Shown here: positions 1 to 10,650 of the stretch, one piece after another
How the letters are laid out: every line of letters begins with the position of its first letter
Numbering within the stretch: the stretch's first letter is position 1
Source of the DNA: Acidimicrobiaceae bacterium
GTDB taxonomy: Bacteria; Actinomycetota; Acidimicrobiia; Acidimicrobiales; RAAP-2
DNA length: 64,000 nucleotides
NCBI GenBank assembly: GCA_027306605.1
Contig: DAHUZK010000051.1
Location: forward strand, 15,977 to 79,976
Reading direction: 5' to 3'
The notes under the pieces: generated by a model
Seen by the model: only the letters and a program-made list of their open reading frames with translations
What the model was told of the DNA's origin: nothing
The model's database searches: none
Translations under genes and position numbers: made by a program

Positions 1-117
1 CATCTCCTCTTGGATCTCGATCGGCTCGATGGAGCCCTCTGGCTCGGCGGGCGGCGCCTCGGTTCCGTCGGACCCGGCGCCTCCGCTCCCGGACCCCCGT
101 GTCGACTGGCGTGGCAT
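1..117 (-). CDS. gyrA: DNA gyrase subunit A, N-terminal fragment (continues beyond window start)
   Basis: Minus-strand ATG at 117 translates MPRQSTRGSGSGGAGSDGTEAPPAEPEGSIEPIEIQEEM, the IEP-x-IxxEM lead-in typical of GyrA. It lies 24 nt downstream of the gyrB stop. Confidence 0.75.
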   Translation of the reverse strand, partial: MPRQSTRGSGSGGAGSDGTEAPPAEPEGSIEPIEIQEEM

Positions 118-140
118 GTCTTGGTGCTCCTCGTCCGCGC

Positions 141-2117
<1,977 letters not shown>

Positions 2118-2260
2118 TCAGAACTCCGGTCGTCACGGTGCGTATCGAATCCCCGAACGGCGCTCCGTCGGCCTTTCGATGCGAACGCACCATTTTACCC
2201 GACAGTCGTGCCAATTCGGCACGCAATGAACGGTCGGCCCGCTGTCCGCTTCCCCGGCGG

Positions 2261-2572
2261 TCAGGCCCGAGCGACCACGACCTCGACGCGCTGGAGCGGT
2301 GGGCCCTCGGGCATGGCGACCTGTGCCAGGATGCGCCGCGCCTCCATGCGCACCCGGGTCCCCCAGGCGGGATGGTCCACCGCTACGACCAGGGTGCCAC
2401 CGTCGATACGCACCGGCCGCGCGTGGGCCGACAGCTCCGCACCGACCAGCTCGTCCCACCGGCTGAACACGCTCTCCATGGTGGTCGGAGACGGTGGCGC
2501 ACCGAGCCGGCGCAAGAGCCGCGGCATGGATGCCCCGAGGGGCCGGGGGCCGTCCGGACCGCGCGCCCTCAT
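2261..2572 (-). CDS. dciA: DUF721/DciA-like protein (putative replicative helicase operator)
   Basis: 103-aa frame MRARGPDG...VFSRWDELVGAELSAHARPVRIDGGTLVVAVDHPAWGTRVRME. Its ATG overlaps the recF stop as ATGA (2569-2572). It sits between recF and gyrB, as Rv0004 does in mycobacteria. Confidence 0.75.
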   Translation of the reverse strand: MRARGPDGPRPLGASMPRLLRRLGAPPSPTTMESVFSRWDELVGAELSAHARPVRIDGGTLVVAVDHPAWGTRVRMEARRILAQVAMPEGPPLQRVEVVVARA

Positions 2573-3648
2573 GCCTTCTCCAGGGACTCGACGGGGATCA
2601 CGCGGGCCGCGGCGATGCCGTCGGGGAGCGGTGCCGCCGTGGTCACGAGGCACTGCCCGGGGGGCAGCGCGGTGACCAGTGCCCTGCTCCGGACCGGGTC
2701 GAGCTCCGAGAACACGTCGTCGAGCAGCAGGATCGGCACCAGCGACGTCCGAGCACGCACCAGCTGGTGGACCCCGAGGCGCAGGGCGAGGGCCACACAG
2801 CGCTGTTCCCCCTGTGAAGCGCGCGTCCTGGCTTCCCGTCCGTCGATGGTCAGGGACAGGTCGTCGCGATGCGGTCCCACCGTGGTCACGCCCCGGCGGA
2901 GATCGTCCCGACGGCTCTCCTCGAGGGCGCTCGAGAGGTCGCCGGCCCAACTGCGGACATAGGCGAGGCGCACCACCTCGCGACCCTCGGCGCCGGCGAT
3001 GTGCGCGTAGGCGGTGTCGACGAGCCCGGCCAGATCCGCCACCAACCGCTCGCGCGCGGCCACCAGGATCTTCGCCGCGTCGGCCAGTCGCTGGTCCCAC
3101 ACGTCGAGCGTCGTCGTCACATCCGCACTGGGACGGCCGCCGGACTGGCGCAACAGCGCCGAGCGCTGCCGGACGATGCGCTCGGTATCGTCCGCCGCCC
3201 GCGCCCCCTCGGGGTCGAGCAGGCCCAATGCGTCGTCGAGCAGGTCGCGCCGGCCCTTGGGCCCACCGCTCACGATGGAGAGGTCCTCGGGCGAGAAGAG
3301 CGTGCACGGCGACGCCGCACCGAGGGCGCGTCGTCCGCTGACGCTCTTGCGGTTCACACGGATCCGGCTCCTCGTCGTCAACGAGATCTCGGCGTCCACC
3401 GTCGAAGGTGTGCCGGCGTTGTCGATCTCTGCCCGGACGATCGCCGCCGGCGCTCCGGTGCGCACGAGAGCCTCGGGCGGGGCGCCACGAAACGAACGCC
3501 GGGTGCCCAGATAGGCCAGCGCCTCGAGCACGCTGGTCTTGCCGGTGCCGTTCGGACCCGTGATCACGGTCGTGCCCTCGAGCTCGGGGGCCACGTGGGC
3601 GTGCCGGAAGATGCGGAAGTCGTCCAGATCGAGGTGGCGGAGGGTCAC
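2569..3648 (-). CDS. recF: DNA replication and repair protein RecF
   Basis: 359 aa with Walker A GPNGTGKTS near the N-terminus, SQGEQR signature and LLLDDV Walker B. Synteny dnaN-recF. Confidence 0.95.
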   Translation of the reverse strand: MTLRHLDLDDFRIFRHAHVAPELEGTTVITGPNGTGKTSVLEALAYLGTRRSFRGAPPEALVRTGAPAAIVRAEIDNAGTPSTVDAEISLTTRSRIRVNRKSVSGRRALGAASPCTLFSPEDLSIVSGGPKGRRDLLDDALGLLDPEGARAADDTERIVRQRSALLRQSGGRPSADVTTTLDVWDQRLADAAKILVAARERLVADLAGLVDTAYAHIAGAEGREVVRLAYVRSWAGDLSSALEESRRDDLRRGVTTVGPHRDDLSLTIDGREARTRASQGEQRCVALALRLGVHQLVRARTSLVPILLLDDVFSELDPVRSRALVTALPPGQCLVTTAAPLPDGIAAARVIPVESLEKA

Positions 3649-3660
3649 CGCCGTCCCCGC

Positions 3661-4776
3661 TCAGGAGACCCGGACGGGCATCAAGAGGTATCGGAAGCTG
3701 TCGTCCTCTGCTCCTCGCACCGTGGCGGCGCGGGTCGCATCAGCCGACTCGACGATGACCTCGTCACCGCTGACGGCCTCGACGCCGTCGATCAGATAGG
3801 ACGGGTTGAAGGCGATGACGAGGTCCTCGCCGCTGTAGTCACCGTCGACGGTCTCGGCGGCGTCGCCCACGTCCTGGCTCTGCACGGCCAGGTCCACCCC
3901 GCCCGAGCGCATCGACAGGCGGACGGGGGTCGTGTTGTCGCGCACGAGGAGCTGGACCCGGCGCAGGGCCGACAAGAAGCTCTCCTTCCCGAGATGGAGT
4001 CGGTTCGGGTACTGATCGGGGATGAGCTGCTTGTAGTCGGGATAGCGCCCCTCGAGCAACCGGGTGGTGATCTGGACCTTGCCCTGCCAGAAGGTGATCT
4101 CGTTGCTGCTCGCCGCCACACCGACGTGGTGGGCTTCCGAGCCCTCCGACGGCCCACCCGGCAGGCGCTGCAATTCCGAGAGGGCGCGGGCGGGCACCAG
4201 CAGATCCTCTTCACCGGGAATCGTGTTGGCCCCGGAAAGGTCGCGCAGGGCCATCCGGTACGAGTCCGTGGCCACCAGGCGCAGGACGCCATCGAGCCGC
4301 GACACCAGGACGCCGGTCAGGAGCGGTCGGCCGTCGTCGTGCGACGCCGCCCGGACCACCTGGCGGATCGCCTCACCGAGGGCTCCTTCGGACAGCTGGG
4401 TCATGGGCTCGCTGGTCTTGGCGACAGGCGGGAATTCGACCACGGGATAGGTCTGCAACTTGAAGGTCGAGCGGGCCGCGGAGATCGTGATGTGGTCCCC
4501 CTCGTCGGCGAAGGTCACCGCACCCGGCTCCAGACGGCGCACGATGTCCGTCGAGAGGCGTGCCGGGATCACACAGCTGCCGTCGTCGATGCCGATGACC
4601 TCGTCGGTGACCTGGATGGTCAGATCGAGATCCGTCCCCGTGACGCTCAGCGCGTTGCCCGAGCAGTGCAACAACAAGCCGAGCAGCACCGGTGAGGACC
4701 CACCTCGGCCTCCGACGGCTCGGCCGGCTGTGGCGAGCATCTCGACGAGCGCATCGCGCTCCGATCTGAACTTCAC
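3661..4776 (-). CDS. dnaN: DNA polymerase III beta sliding clamp
   Basis: 371 aa with GTG start at 4776. MKFRSERDALVEML... is a typical three-domain clamp sequence. Lies directly downstream of dnaA/oriC. Confidence 0.95.
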   Translation of the reverse strand: MKFRSERDALVEMLATAGRAVGGRGGSSPVLLGLLLHCSGNALSVTGTDLDLTIQVTDEVIGIDDGSCVIPARLSTDIVRRLEPGAVTFADEGDHITISAARSTFKLQTYPVVEFPPVAKTSEPMTQLSEGALGEAIRQVVRAASHDDGRPLLTGVLVSRLDGVLRLVATDSYRMALRDLSGANTIPGEEDLLVPARALSELQRLPGGPSEGSEAHHVGVAASSNEITFWQGKVQITTRLLEGRYPDYKQLIPDQYPNRLHLGKESFLSALRRVQLLVRDNTTPVRLSMRSGGVDLAVQSQDVGDAAETVDGDYSGEDLVIAFNPSYLIDGVEAVSGDEVIVESADATRAATVRGAEDDSFRYLLMPVRVS

Positions 4777-5073
4777 CGCGGGCTGTCCTTTCGGGGCGTT
4801 CCCTGATGTTCCATCGTGCAGGGAAGAGTATGTGTGGGTTGTAAAGGTAGTAAGGGCTGTGGACTGTGGAGAATATGGCCGCGGCCCAGGTCAGTGTGGT
4901 TCGCTCCTTCCCCAGCGCGATGGGGGTGGAGCGCGGTGAGGAGCGCGGCCGATTCGTGCCCTGGGGGAAGCTGGGGAAAAGGGCGGGCCGCGTCCCCAGG
5001 ACGCCGGCGCTGGTTCCACAAGCTTTTCCTCTTGCGAACCACAGCTGTCGTCCGTCGCGATTCGGGTGCAGCT
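4777..5073. other. Candidate chromosomal origin oriC (dnaA-dnaN intergenic region)
   Basis: 297-bp non-coding gap in the position oriC occupies in Actinobacteria. It has a locally AT-rich tract (about 4826-4880). Adjacent DnaA-box-like 9-mers sit on the minus strand: TTCTCCACA (4865-4873) and CAGTCCACA (4858-4866). Weaker CCACA-core sites lie at 4833-4841, 4894-4902, 5011-5019 and 5035-5043. Confidence 0.6.
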
Positions 5074-6480
5074 TCAGGCCGATCCGGCACGGATCTTCTG
5101 GATCAGTTCGGTCACCTGCTCGTAGATCTGCCGACGCTCCTGCATCTGGCCGGCGATCTTGTCGACGGCGTGGATGACCGTGGTGTGGTCCCGCTTGCCG
5201 AAGACCCGGCCGATGGCCGGATAGCTGTAGTCGGTGAGGTCCCTGGTGAGGTACATGGCGACCTGACGTGCCGTCACCAGTGGCCGGGTCCGGCTTGGCC
5301 CGATGAGGGCCTCGACCGAGAACCCGTAGCTGGCCGAGACGGCCTCGAGGATGGTCTGGGGCGAGATCCGCCGGGGCTCACCGGCCCGGACCAGGTCCGA
5401 GAGGACCTCTTCGGCCTGGGTGAGGGAGATGGGCTCCTTGTTGAGCTTGGCGAAGGCGCAGATCCGGATCAGGGCCCCTTCGAGCTCTCGGATGTTGTCC
5501 TTCACGTGCGAGGCGATGAACTCGAGGACGTCGTCGGGCACCTCACGACCTTCGCTGAGGGACTTGGACCGAAGGATGGCCAGGCGGGTCTCGAGGTCCG
5601 GTGGGTCGATCTCGGTGATCAGTCCGGACAGAAAACGGCTGCGCAACCGGTCTTCGAGGGTCTCGATCGACTTGGGAGGCCGGTCCGACGTGAGCACGAT
5701 CTGCTTCGAGGCCCCTTTGAGGTCGTTGTAGGTATGGAAGAACTCCTCCTGGAGGCCCTCCTTGCGCTCCATGAACTGGACGTCGTCGATCAGGAGGACG
5801 TCGCAGTCGCGGTAGCGGCGCTTGAAGGCGAGGGTGGTCGACGTCCGGAGGGAGTCGACGAAGTCGTTCATGAACGTCTCGGTGGTGACGTAGAGCACCT
5901 TGCGCCGGGGGTAGTTCTCGGCGACGTAGTTGCCGATGGCGTGGAGCAGGTGGGTCTTGCCGAGGCCCGAGTCCCCGTAGATGAAGAGGGGGTTGTAGGA
6001 GCGCCCGGGCGTCTCGGCCACCGCCTGGGCCGCCGCATGGGCCAAGCGGTTGGAGGAGGCGGCGACGAAGGTCTCGAACGTGAACTTCGTGTCGAGTTGG
6101 ACCGCCGGGGTTTCGCGTCCTGGTCTGGTGGTCGCCGCCACCGCCGCGGGCTCGGGTGACGCGAGGGGCTGGGGATCGCTGGGAAAATCAGCACCTCCAC
6201 CTGGGATTTCGATCGAATTGTGCTCGACGTCCGCCTCCCGGACGGTCAGCCGGCCGCGCACGGGTGCGCCGGCCTCGTTGGCGAGGGTGTCTTCGATCAT
6301 CGGCAGGTAGCGCGATTCGACCCGTTCGCGGATGAGGCCGTTGGCGACGGACAGGGTGAAGACGCCGTCGTCGAAGGCCTCGGGTTCGAGGCCCGACAGC
6401 CACAGCTGCCACGTGCTCTCCGACACCTGGTCGTGCAGGGCCTTCGAGCATCTTGTCCAGAGTTCTGTCGCCTGGGTCAC
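5074..6480 (-). CDS. dnaA: Chromosomal replication initiator DnaA
   Basis: AAA+ motifs (GDSGLGKTHLL, LLIDDVQF) and a C-terminal DNA-binding domain (HTTVIHAVDKI). The start is placed at GTG 6480 (VTQATELWTRC...). The 29 extra codons up to ATG 6567 are Arg-rich with lower GC3 and contain a DnaA box, so the 6567 alternative is possible. Confidence 0.9.
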   Translation of the reverse strand: MTQATELWTRCSKALHDQVSESTWQLWLSGLEPEAFDDGVFTLSVANGLIRERVESRYLPMIEDTLANEAGAPVRGRLTVREADVEHNSIEIPGGGADFPSDPQPLASPEPAAVAATTRPGRETPAVQLDTKFTFETFVAASSNRLAHAAAQAVAETPGRSYNPLFIYGDSGLGKTHLLHAIGNYVAENYPRRKVLYVTTETFMNDFVDSLRTSTTLAFKRRYRDCDVLLIDDVQFMERKEGLQEEFFHTYNDLKGASKQIVLTSDRPPKSIETLEDRLRSRFLSGLITEIDPPDLETRLAILRSKSLSEGREVPDDVLEFIASHVKDNIRELEGALIRICAFAKLNKEPISLTQAEEVLSDLVRAGEPRRISPQTILEAVSASYGFSVEALIGPSRTRPLVTARQVAMYLTRDLTDYSYPAIGRVFGKRDHTTVIHAVDKIAGQMQERRQIYEQVTELIQKIRAGSA

Positions 6481-6721
6481 CTTGAGCGGAACACCCCTTC
6501 TCCCCCTCGGCGTCCGGCTGCGACCTCGGGGACGATCCTCGGTGTGGGTAAGGGGCCGACGGTACACCGCTCCGACCCGATGCGACTAGAGGCCATCTGC
6601 AAAACGCGCCTAACATGGGAGGACTCGCCGCCGGCGGCCGCATTCGACTGGAAGGCCGCGACAATGACCTGCGAGGAACGGTCCCCGATGCCGCTCGGGC
6701 GTCGCGAAAGGCTCATTTGAC

Positions 6722-6856
6722 GTGAAGCGCACTTATCAACCCAACTCCCGGAAAAGGGCCCGTACCCACGGCTTTCGCAAGCGGATGTCGACACGGGCCG
6801 GCCGGGCCATCTTGAAATCGCGGCGGCTCAAGGGGCGCCACCGTCTCACCGTCTGA
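6722..6856 (+). CDS. rpmH: 50S ribosomal protein L34
   Basis: Not in the ORF track because it is too short. GTG 6722 gives [44 protein letters not shown] (44 aa), a textbook L34 sequence. It precedes rnpA. Confidence 0.93.
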   Translation: MKRTYQPNSRKRARTHGFRKRMSTRAGRAILKSRRLKGRHRLTV

Positions 6857-6865
6857 GGCGGTCGC

Positions 6866-7225
6866 GTGCCTGTACGGAGGGTCGGACGGATCACCAGCCG
6901 CGGCGCGTTCTCGGAGCTCCGGCGCTCGAGGTGCCGCGGCGCGAGCGGCCCGGTCCAGGTGAGCTTCGTCCCGGCCCACCAGGACACGGTGGGAGTGTTT
7001 CCGCAGGTGGCATACGCCATCGGGCGGCACTGTGGGAGCGCGGTCACGCGCAACCGGTTGCGCCGGCGGGCCCGGGAGGTCGTACGGGCGGAGGCTCCGA
7101 GCCTGGCTCGCGGGCGCTACCTGGTGCGGCTGGCCCCCGGTGCGTCCGGGCTGGCGGCCGGACCTTTCCGCAGCGCGGTCAGCACGGCCCTGCGCCGGGC
7201 CGGCAGAACGGGAGGATGCCCGTGA
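6866..7225 (+). CDS. rnpA: Ribonuclease P protein component
   Basis: 119-aa basic protein with the RNR motif region (VTRNRLRRRARE). Synteny rpmH-rnpA-yidD-yidC. Confidence 0.88.
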   Translation: MPVRRVGRITSRGAFSELRRSRCRGASGPVQVSFVPAHQDTVGVFPQVAYAIGRHCGSAVTRNRLRRRAREVVRAEAPSLARGRYLVRLAPGASGLAAGPFRSAVSTALRRAGRTGGCP

Positions 7226-7494
7226 ACAGGGAAGACGAACGGCTCAGCCTGCCGGTCCGCGCCGCCGTCGCGCTGGTGAGGCTCTACCAGGGCGCGGCCT
7301 CCGGCCGGATCTCACCGTGCCGGTTCTACCCGAGCTGCTCGAATTACGCCCTCGAGGCCTTCACCGTGCACGGGTTCTGGCGGGGCTTCGCCCTCACGGC
7401 GCGCCGGCTGGTGCGCTGCCGGCCCTTCGGGCCCCACGGTGTCGATCTGGTGCCGCTCCGTGTGCACGCCCATGACGGGGAGGGGCCGTGCTGA
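7216..7494 (+). CDS. yidD: Membrane protein insertion efficiency factor YidD
   Basis: Translation contains LVRLYQGAASGRISPCRFYPSCSNYALEAF, the YidD signature. Start is ATG 7216 or GTG 7222; the latter is better spaced from GGAGG at 7211-7215. Confidence 0.85.
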   Translation: MPVNREDERLSLPVRAAVALVRLYQGAASGRISPCRFYPSCSNYALEAFTVHGFWRGFALTARRLVRCRPFGPHGVDLVPLRVHAHDGEGPC

Positions 7495-8711
7495 GCCATC
7501 CGCTCCTGGCCGAGAACAGCCTGTTCAAGCTGGTCGGGGAGATCTTCCACCCGATCTTCGAGCTGTTCGGGCTGATCCTGGCCGGCCTCTACGCCGTCTG
7601 GCCGAACTACGGGTTCGCCATCACGGGGCTGACGGTCATCATCATGCTGGCGCTGACACCGGTGACGGTGAAGAGCACCAAGTCCATGCTGGCCATGCAG
7701 CGGCTGCAGCCCGAGATGAAGAAGCTCCAGGCCAAGTACAAGGGCGCGGAGAACCGGGAGATGCTCAACCAGGAGATGATGCGTCTCTACAAGGAGAACG
7801 GGACCAGCCCGTTCGGGGCCTGCCTCCCGAGTCTCCTGCAGATGCCCTTCCTGATCGTCCTCTACACCCTGATCCGGGGACTCTCCAACCAGGTCTCGCG
7901 CGGCGCTCAGTACGTCAATCAGTTCGGCCAAAATGCTGTCTGCAAACAAAAGGTGTGTGGAGCGCCCAGGTACATTCCAACTAATTCACAAATGCATCAC
8001 GACCTCGTCGTGAGTCAAGGCCAGATGCATTGGTGGTTCGGGATGGATCTTTCCTCGCTTCCCTTCTCGAATCACGTAACGAGTACTTCCAGCGCAAGCC
8101 AGGCCGTGCTGGTCATCCCCTACCTGGTCCTCATCGCGGCTGCGATGTTCCTGCAGTACTACCAAATGCGGCAGATGAACAATCGTAATCCGCAGGCGGC
8201 AGCGGCGAACAAACAGATGCAGTCGATGCAGAAGTTTTTCCCAATTATCTTCGGTGTCATTTACCTAAGAGTGCCGGCGGGAGCAACGATTTACATGGTG
8301 GTCTCGTCGGCGATGCGCATCGGGACACAAGAGGTGATGTTCAAGACGGGCATGGTGGAACCGGTCGCGGCCGAGCGCGAGATCGGCTCGGCCAAGGAGG
8401 GCAAGGAGAAGGCAGCGGCCAAGGAGGTCACCGCGAAGGAGGAGAAGGCGAAGCCGACTCCTCCTTCGCCCACGGCGAAGAAGAAGTCGACCGCCACCGA
8501 CGGCACGGCTGCCGCGAAGGGGACGTTGCCGCCGGCGAAGTCCGGCACGGGCCGGAATGGCAACCGCAACGGGTACGGGAACGGGCGCAAGCCGACCGGT
8601 GGCGCCCGCAAGGGAAGGACGAACGGCAAGGCGGCTGGCGAGGACGAGGCGGCACCTGCGCCCAAGGCGCATCCGCGGTCGCGCTCCAAGCGTGCCAGAA
8701 AGGCTCGGTAA
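7488..8711 (+). CDS. yidC: Membrane protein insertase YidC with basic Lys/Ala-rich C-terminal tail
   Basis: 407 aa. Conserved 60-kDa-IMP core (MQRLQPEMKKLQAKYKG, PFGACLPSLLQMPFLIVLY, PAGATIYMVVSS). GTG start overlaps the yidD stop. Confidence 0.93.
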   Translation: MLSHPLLAENSLFKLVGEIFHPIFELFGLILAGLYAVWPNYGFAITGLTVIIMLALTPVTVKSTKSMLAMQRLQPEMKKLQAKYKGAENREMLNQEMMRLYKENGTSPFGACLPSLLQMPFLIVLYTLIRGLSNQVSRGAQYVNQFGQNAVCKQKVCGAPRYIPTNSQMHHDLVVSQGQMHWWFGMDLSSLPFSNHVTSTSSASQAVLVIPYLVLIAAAMFLQYYQMRQMNNRNPQAAAANKQMQSMQKFFPIIFGVIYLRVPAGATIYMVVSSAMRIGTQEVMFKTGMVEPVAAEREIGSAKEGKEKAAAKEVTAKEEKAKPTPPSPTAKKKSTATDGTAAAKGTLPPAKSGTGRNGNRNGYGNGRKPTGGARKGRTNGKAAGEDEAAPAPKAHPRSRSKRARKAR

Positions 8712-8715
8712 GAGG

Positions 8716-9759
8716 GTGGAGTGGGTCGAAGTGGCGGGCAAGACGGTCGAGGAGGCGACTGATCGGGCGCTGGAGCAGCTCGGTGTGGCCGAGGGCGATG
8801 CCGAGGTGATCGTCGTCTCGGAGCCCAAGACAGGGCTGTTCGGCCGCATGCGGGTGGAGGCCCGCGTACGCGCCCGCGTGCGGCCCGTCGGTGCGCGTCC
8901 GCGCCGGGAGCGTCCGCGCCGGAGCGAGCGGTCACGGCAGGGGGGCCGCGACGGGGGCCGCCAGGGGGGGCAAAGACAGACATCGGGCTCTGGCTCGGGC
9001 TCGGGGAACCAGAGCCGGTCGGATGCCGGTCGGGGTCAGGCTTCCTCGACGACCTCGGATCGGCCGACCGCCGGCGCAGGCACGAGTCGTTCGGCCCGCC
9101 GGCGGCGGAACAGGCGCAATGGTGCCGGTGCCGGTGCCGGTGCCGGTGCCGGTGCCGGTGCGGTTGCCGGCGCGCGTGAGGTCTCGCAGAACGGCTCCGG
9201 CGCAATGCCCGGGAGCGAGTCCGGGAGCGAGAATGCCCGGGAGCGGGCCACTGAACCGAGGGGAACCGAGGCGAAGGAGACGGAGATGGCCGAAGGAATG
9301 ACGCTCGAGGAGCAGGGCGAGGTCGGTCGGGCCTTCGTGTCCGGCCTTCTCGACGAGCTCGGGATGGAGGGCACGGTCGAGAGCCGGATCCTCGACGAGG
9401 AGACGGTGGAGATCGCCGCCACGGGCGAGGACCTCGGCATGTTGGTCGGCCCCCGTGGTTCGACGCTGCTGGCCCTCCAGGATCTGACGCGGGCCGTCGT
9501 CCAGCGGCAGTGCCCCTCACGGACCGACCGGATCCTCGTCGACGTGGCCGGCTACCGGGAACGTCGATCGGCTGCGCTCACGCGCTTCAGCATGCAGATC
9601 GCCGAGGAGGTCCTGGCGTCGGGTCAGGAGAAGGCACTCGAGCCCATGAGCCCCGCCGATCGCAAGACGGTGCACGACGCGGTCAACGAGATCGAAGGGG
9701 TCGTCACGCGCTCCGAGGGCGAGGACCCGAACCGCCACATCGTCATCTCCCCTGCCTGA
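8716..9759 (+). CDS. jag: Jag/KhpB-like RNA-binding protein (Jag_N + KH + R3H) with long disordered linker
   Basis: GTG 8716 gives VEWVEVAGKTVEEATDRALEQLGV (Jag N-domain). The C-terminus has KH/R3H-like sequence (MSPADRKTVHDAVNEIEGVVTRSEGEDPNRHIVISP). Synteny yidC-jag-rsmG. Confidence 0.85.
   Translation: MEWVEVAGKTVEEATDRALEQLGVAEGDAEVIVVSEPKTGLFGRMRVEARVRARVRPVGARPRRERPRRSERSRQGGRDGGRQGGQRQTSGSGSGSGNQSRSDAGRGQASSTTSDRPTAGAGTSRSARRRRNRRNGAGAGAGAGAGAGAVAGAREVSQNGSGAMPGSESGSENARERATEPRGTEAKETEMAEGMTLEEQGEVGRAFVSGLLDELGMEGTVESRILDEETVEIAATGEDLGMLVGPRGSTLLALQDLTRAVVQRQCPSRTDRILVDVAGYRERRSAALTRFSMQIAEEVLASGQEKALEPMSPADRKTVHDAVNEIEGVVTRSEGEDPNRHIVISPA
9121..9168 (+). repeat. In-frame hexanucleotide microsatellite (GGTGCC)x6 plus degenerate copies, encoding (GA)n in the Jag linker
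   Basis: Direct reading of ggtgccggtgccggtgccggtgccggtgccggtgccggtgcggttgcc. Confidence 0.9.
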
Positions 9760-9769
9760 GGGCGCGCCG

Positions 9770-10498
9770 GTGACCGGCGCCGGTCAAGGTTCTGGCTCCG
9801 GCGCCGCTGATTCCCTACTCGAGGTGTTGGCCGAGGCGCGTCGCGCCGGCTTCCTCGGTCCGGGGTCCCTCGATCTCCAGATCCGCCACGGAGCCGGGTT
9901 CGTCGTGGTCGCCAGAGGTCTCACGGAGGCGGACCCGGCGACGAGAGCAGGGACGGGTCGAACCCGCAGTTCCCGGCCGAGGCTCGTCGACCTGGGATCG
10001 GGCGGTGGCGTGCCTGGTCTGGTCGTCGCCCATTCATGGCCCGAGGTGGAACTGGCGCTGCTCGAGGCGTCACGGCGGCGCTGTGAATTCCTGAGGCGCT
10101 CCATCGCGCAGCTCGGGTTCGATGGCCGGGTGAGCGTGCTGGAGGGTCGGGCCGAAGAGCTGGGTCGTGACCCGGACCTCCGAGGCACCTTCGACGGAGC
10201 CTTTGCCCGGTCCTTCGGGAAACCGGCGGTCGTCGCCGAATGTGCCGCTCCCCTGTTGCGTCCCGGCGGCTGGCTGGTGGTCTCGGAGCCGCCTGCCGAC
10301 GGAGGGGGCATCACGGGCACCGCCCGACCGGAGCGGCAAAGAGAGCGCTGGCCGGCCGACGAGCTCGGCCGACTGGGCCTCGAACCGGGGGTCGCCGTCA
10401 CGGAGGAATTCGAGTACCAGACGCTGCGACAGGCCTTGCCGTGCCCACCCCGCTTTCCCCGCCGCAATGGCGTTCCTGCCAAGAGGCCGCTCTTCTGA
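9770..10498 (+). CDS. rsmG: 16S rRNA (guanine527-N7)-methyltransferase RsmG (GidB)
   Basis: 242 aa with SAM-binding motif LVDLGSGGGVPGLVVA. Position is between jag and parA. Confidence 0.9.
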   Translation: MTGAGQGSGSGAADSLLEVLAEARRAGFLGPGSLDLQIRHGAGFVVVARGLTEADPATRAGTGRTRSSRPRLVDLGSGGGVPGLVVAHSWPEVELALLEASRRRCEFLRRSIAQLGFDGRVSVLEGRAEELGRDPDLRGTFDGAFARSFGKPAVVAECAAPLLRPGGWLVVSEPPADGGGITGTARPERQRERWPADELGRLGLEPGVAVTEEFEYQTLRQALPCPPRFPRRNGVPAKRPLF

Positions 10499-10537
10499 TC
10501 AGGGCCATGGAGCGACTCCGCTTTCTCGGAGCGGTGT

Positions 10538-10553
10538 GGTTCCACGTGAAACA
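10538..10553. promoter_or_regulatory. parS: parS centromere-like site 1
   Basis: GGTTCCACGTGAAACA matches 14 of 16 positions of the canonical parS palindrome TGTTTCACGTGAAACA. Confidence 0.8.
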
Positions 10554-10650
10554 TCTTGACGAGGCTGAGAGTTCTGATCGCTCAGTATTCGACCGGGCAG
10601 GGGTTGCCGTGGAAGCCATCGGGGGCCCGTGCCAAAGGAATCCTGGTCGA

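Noticed and set aside
2869-4695. 608-aa plus-strand ORF antisense to recF/dnaN. Similar long antisense ORFs occur at 4816-6159, 8291-9520, 10907-12139, 11961-13112, 16996-18843, 19110-20759, 20533-22518, 32139-34010, 34727-36862 (upstream part), 39056-40300, 41203-43065, 43404-45155, 52832-55696, 57891-60185, 59900-61093 and 60771-62924.
   Set aside because: These are typical high-GC shadow ORFs. They lie antisense or out of frame to genes with clear homology, have compositionally biased (Arg/Gly/Pro/Asp-rich) translations, and show no motifs.
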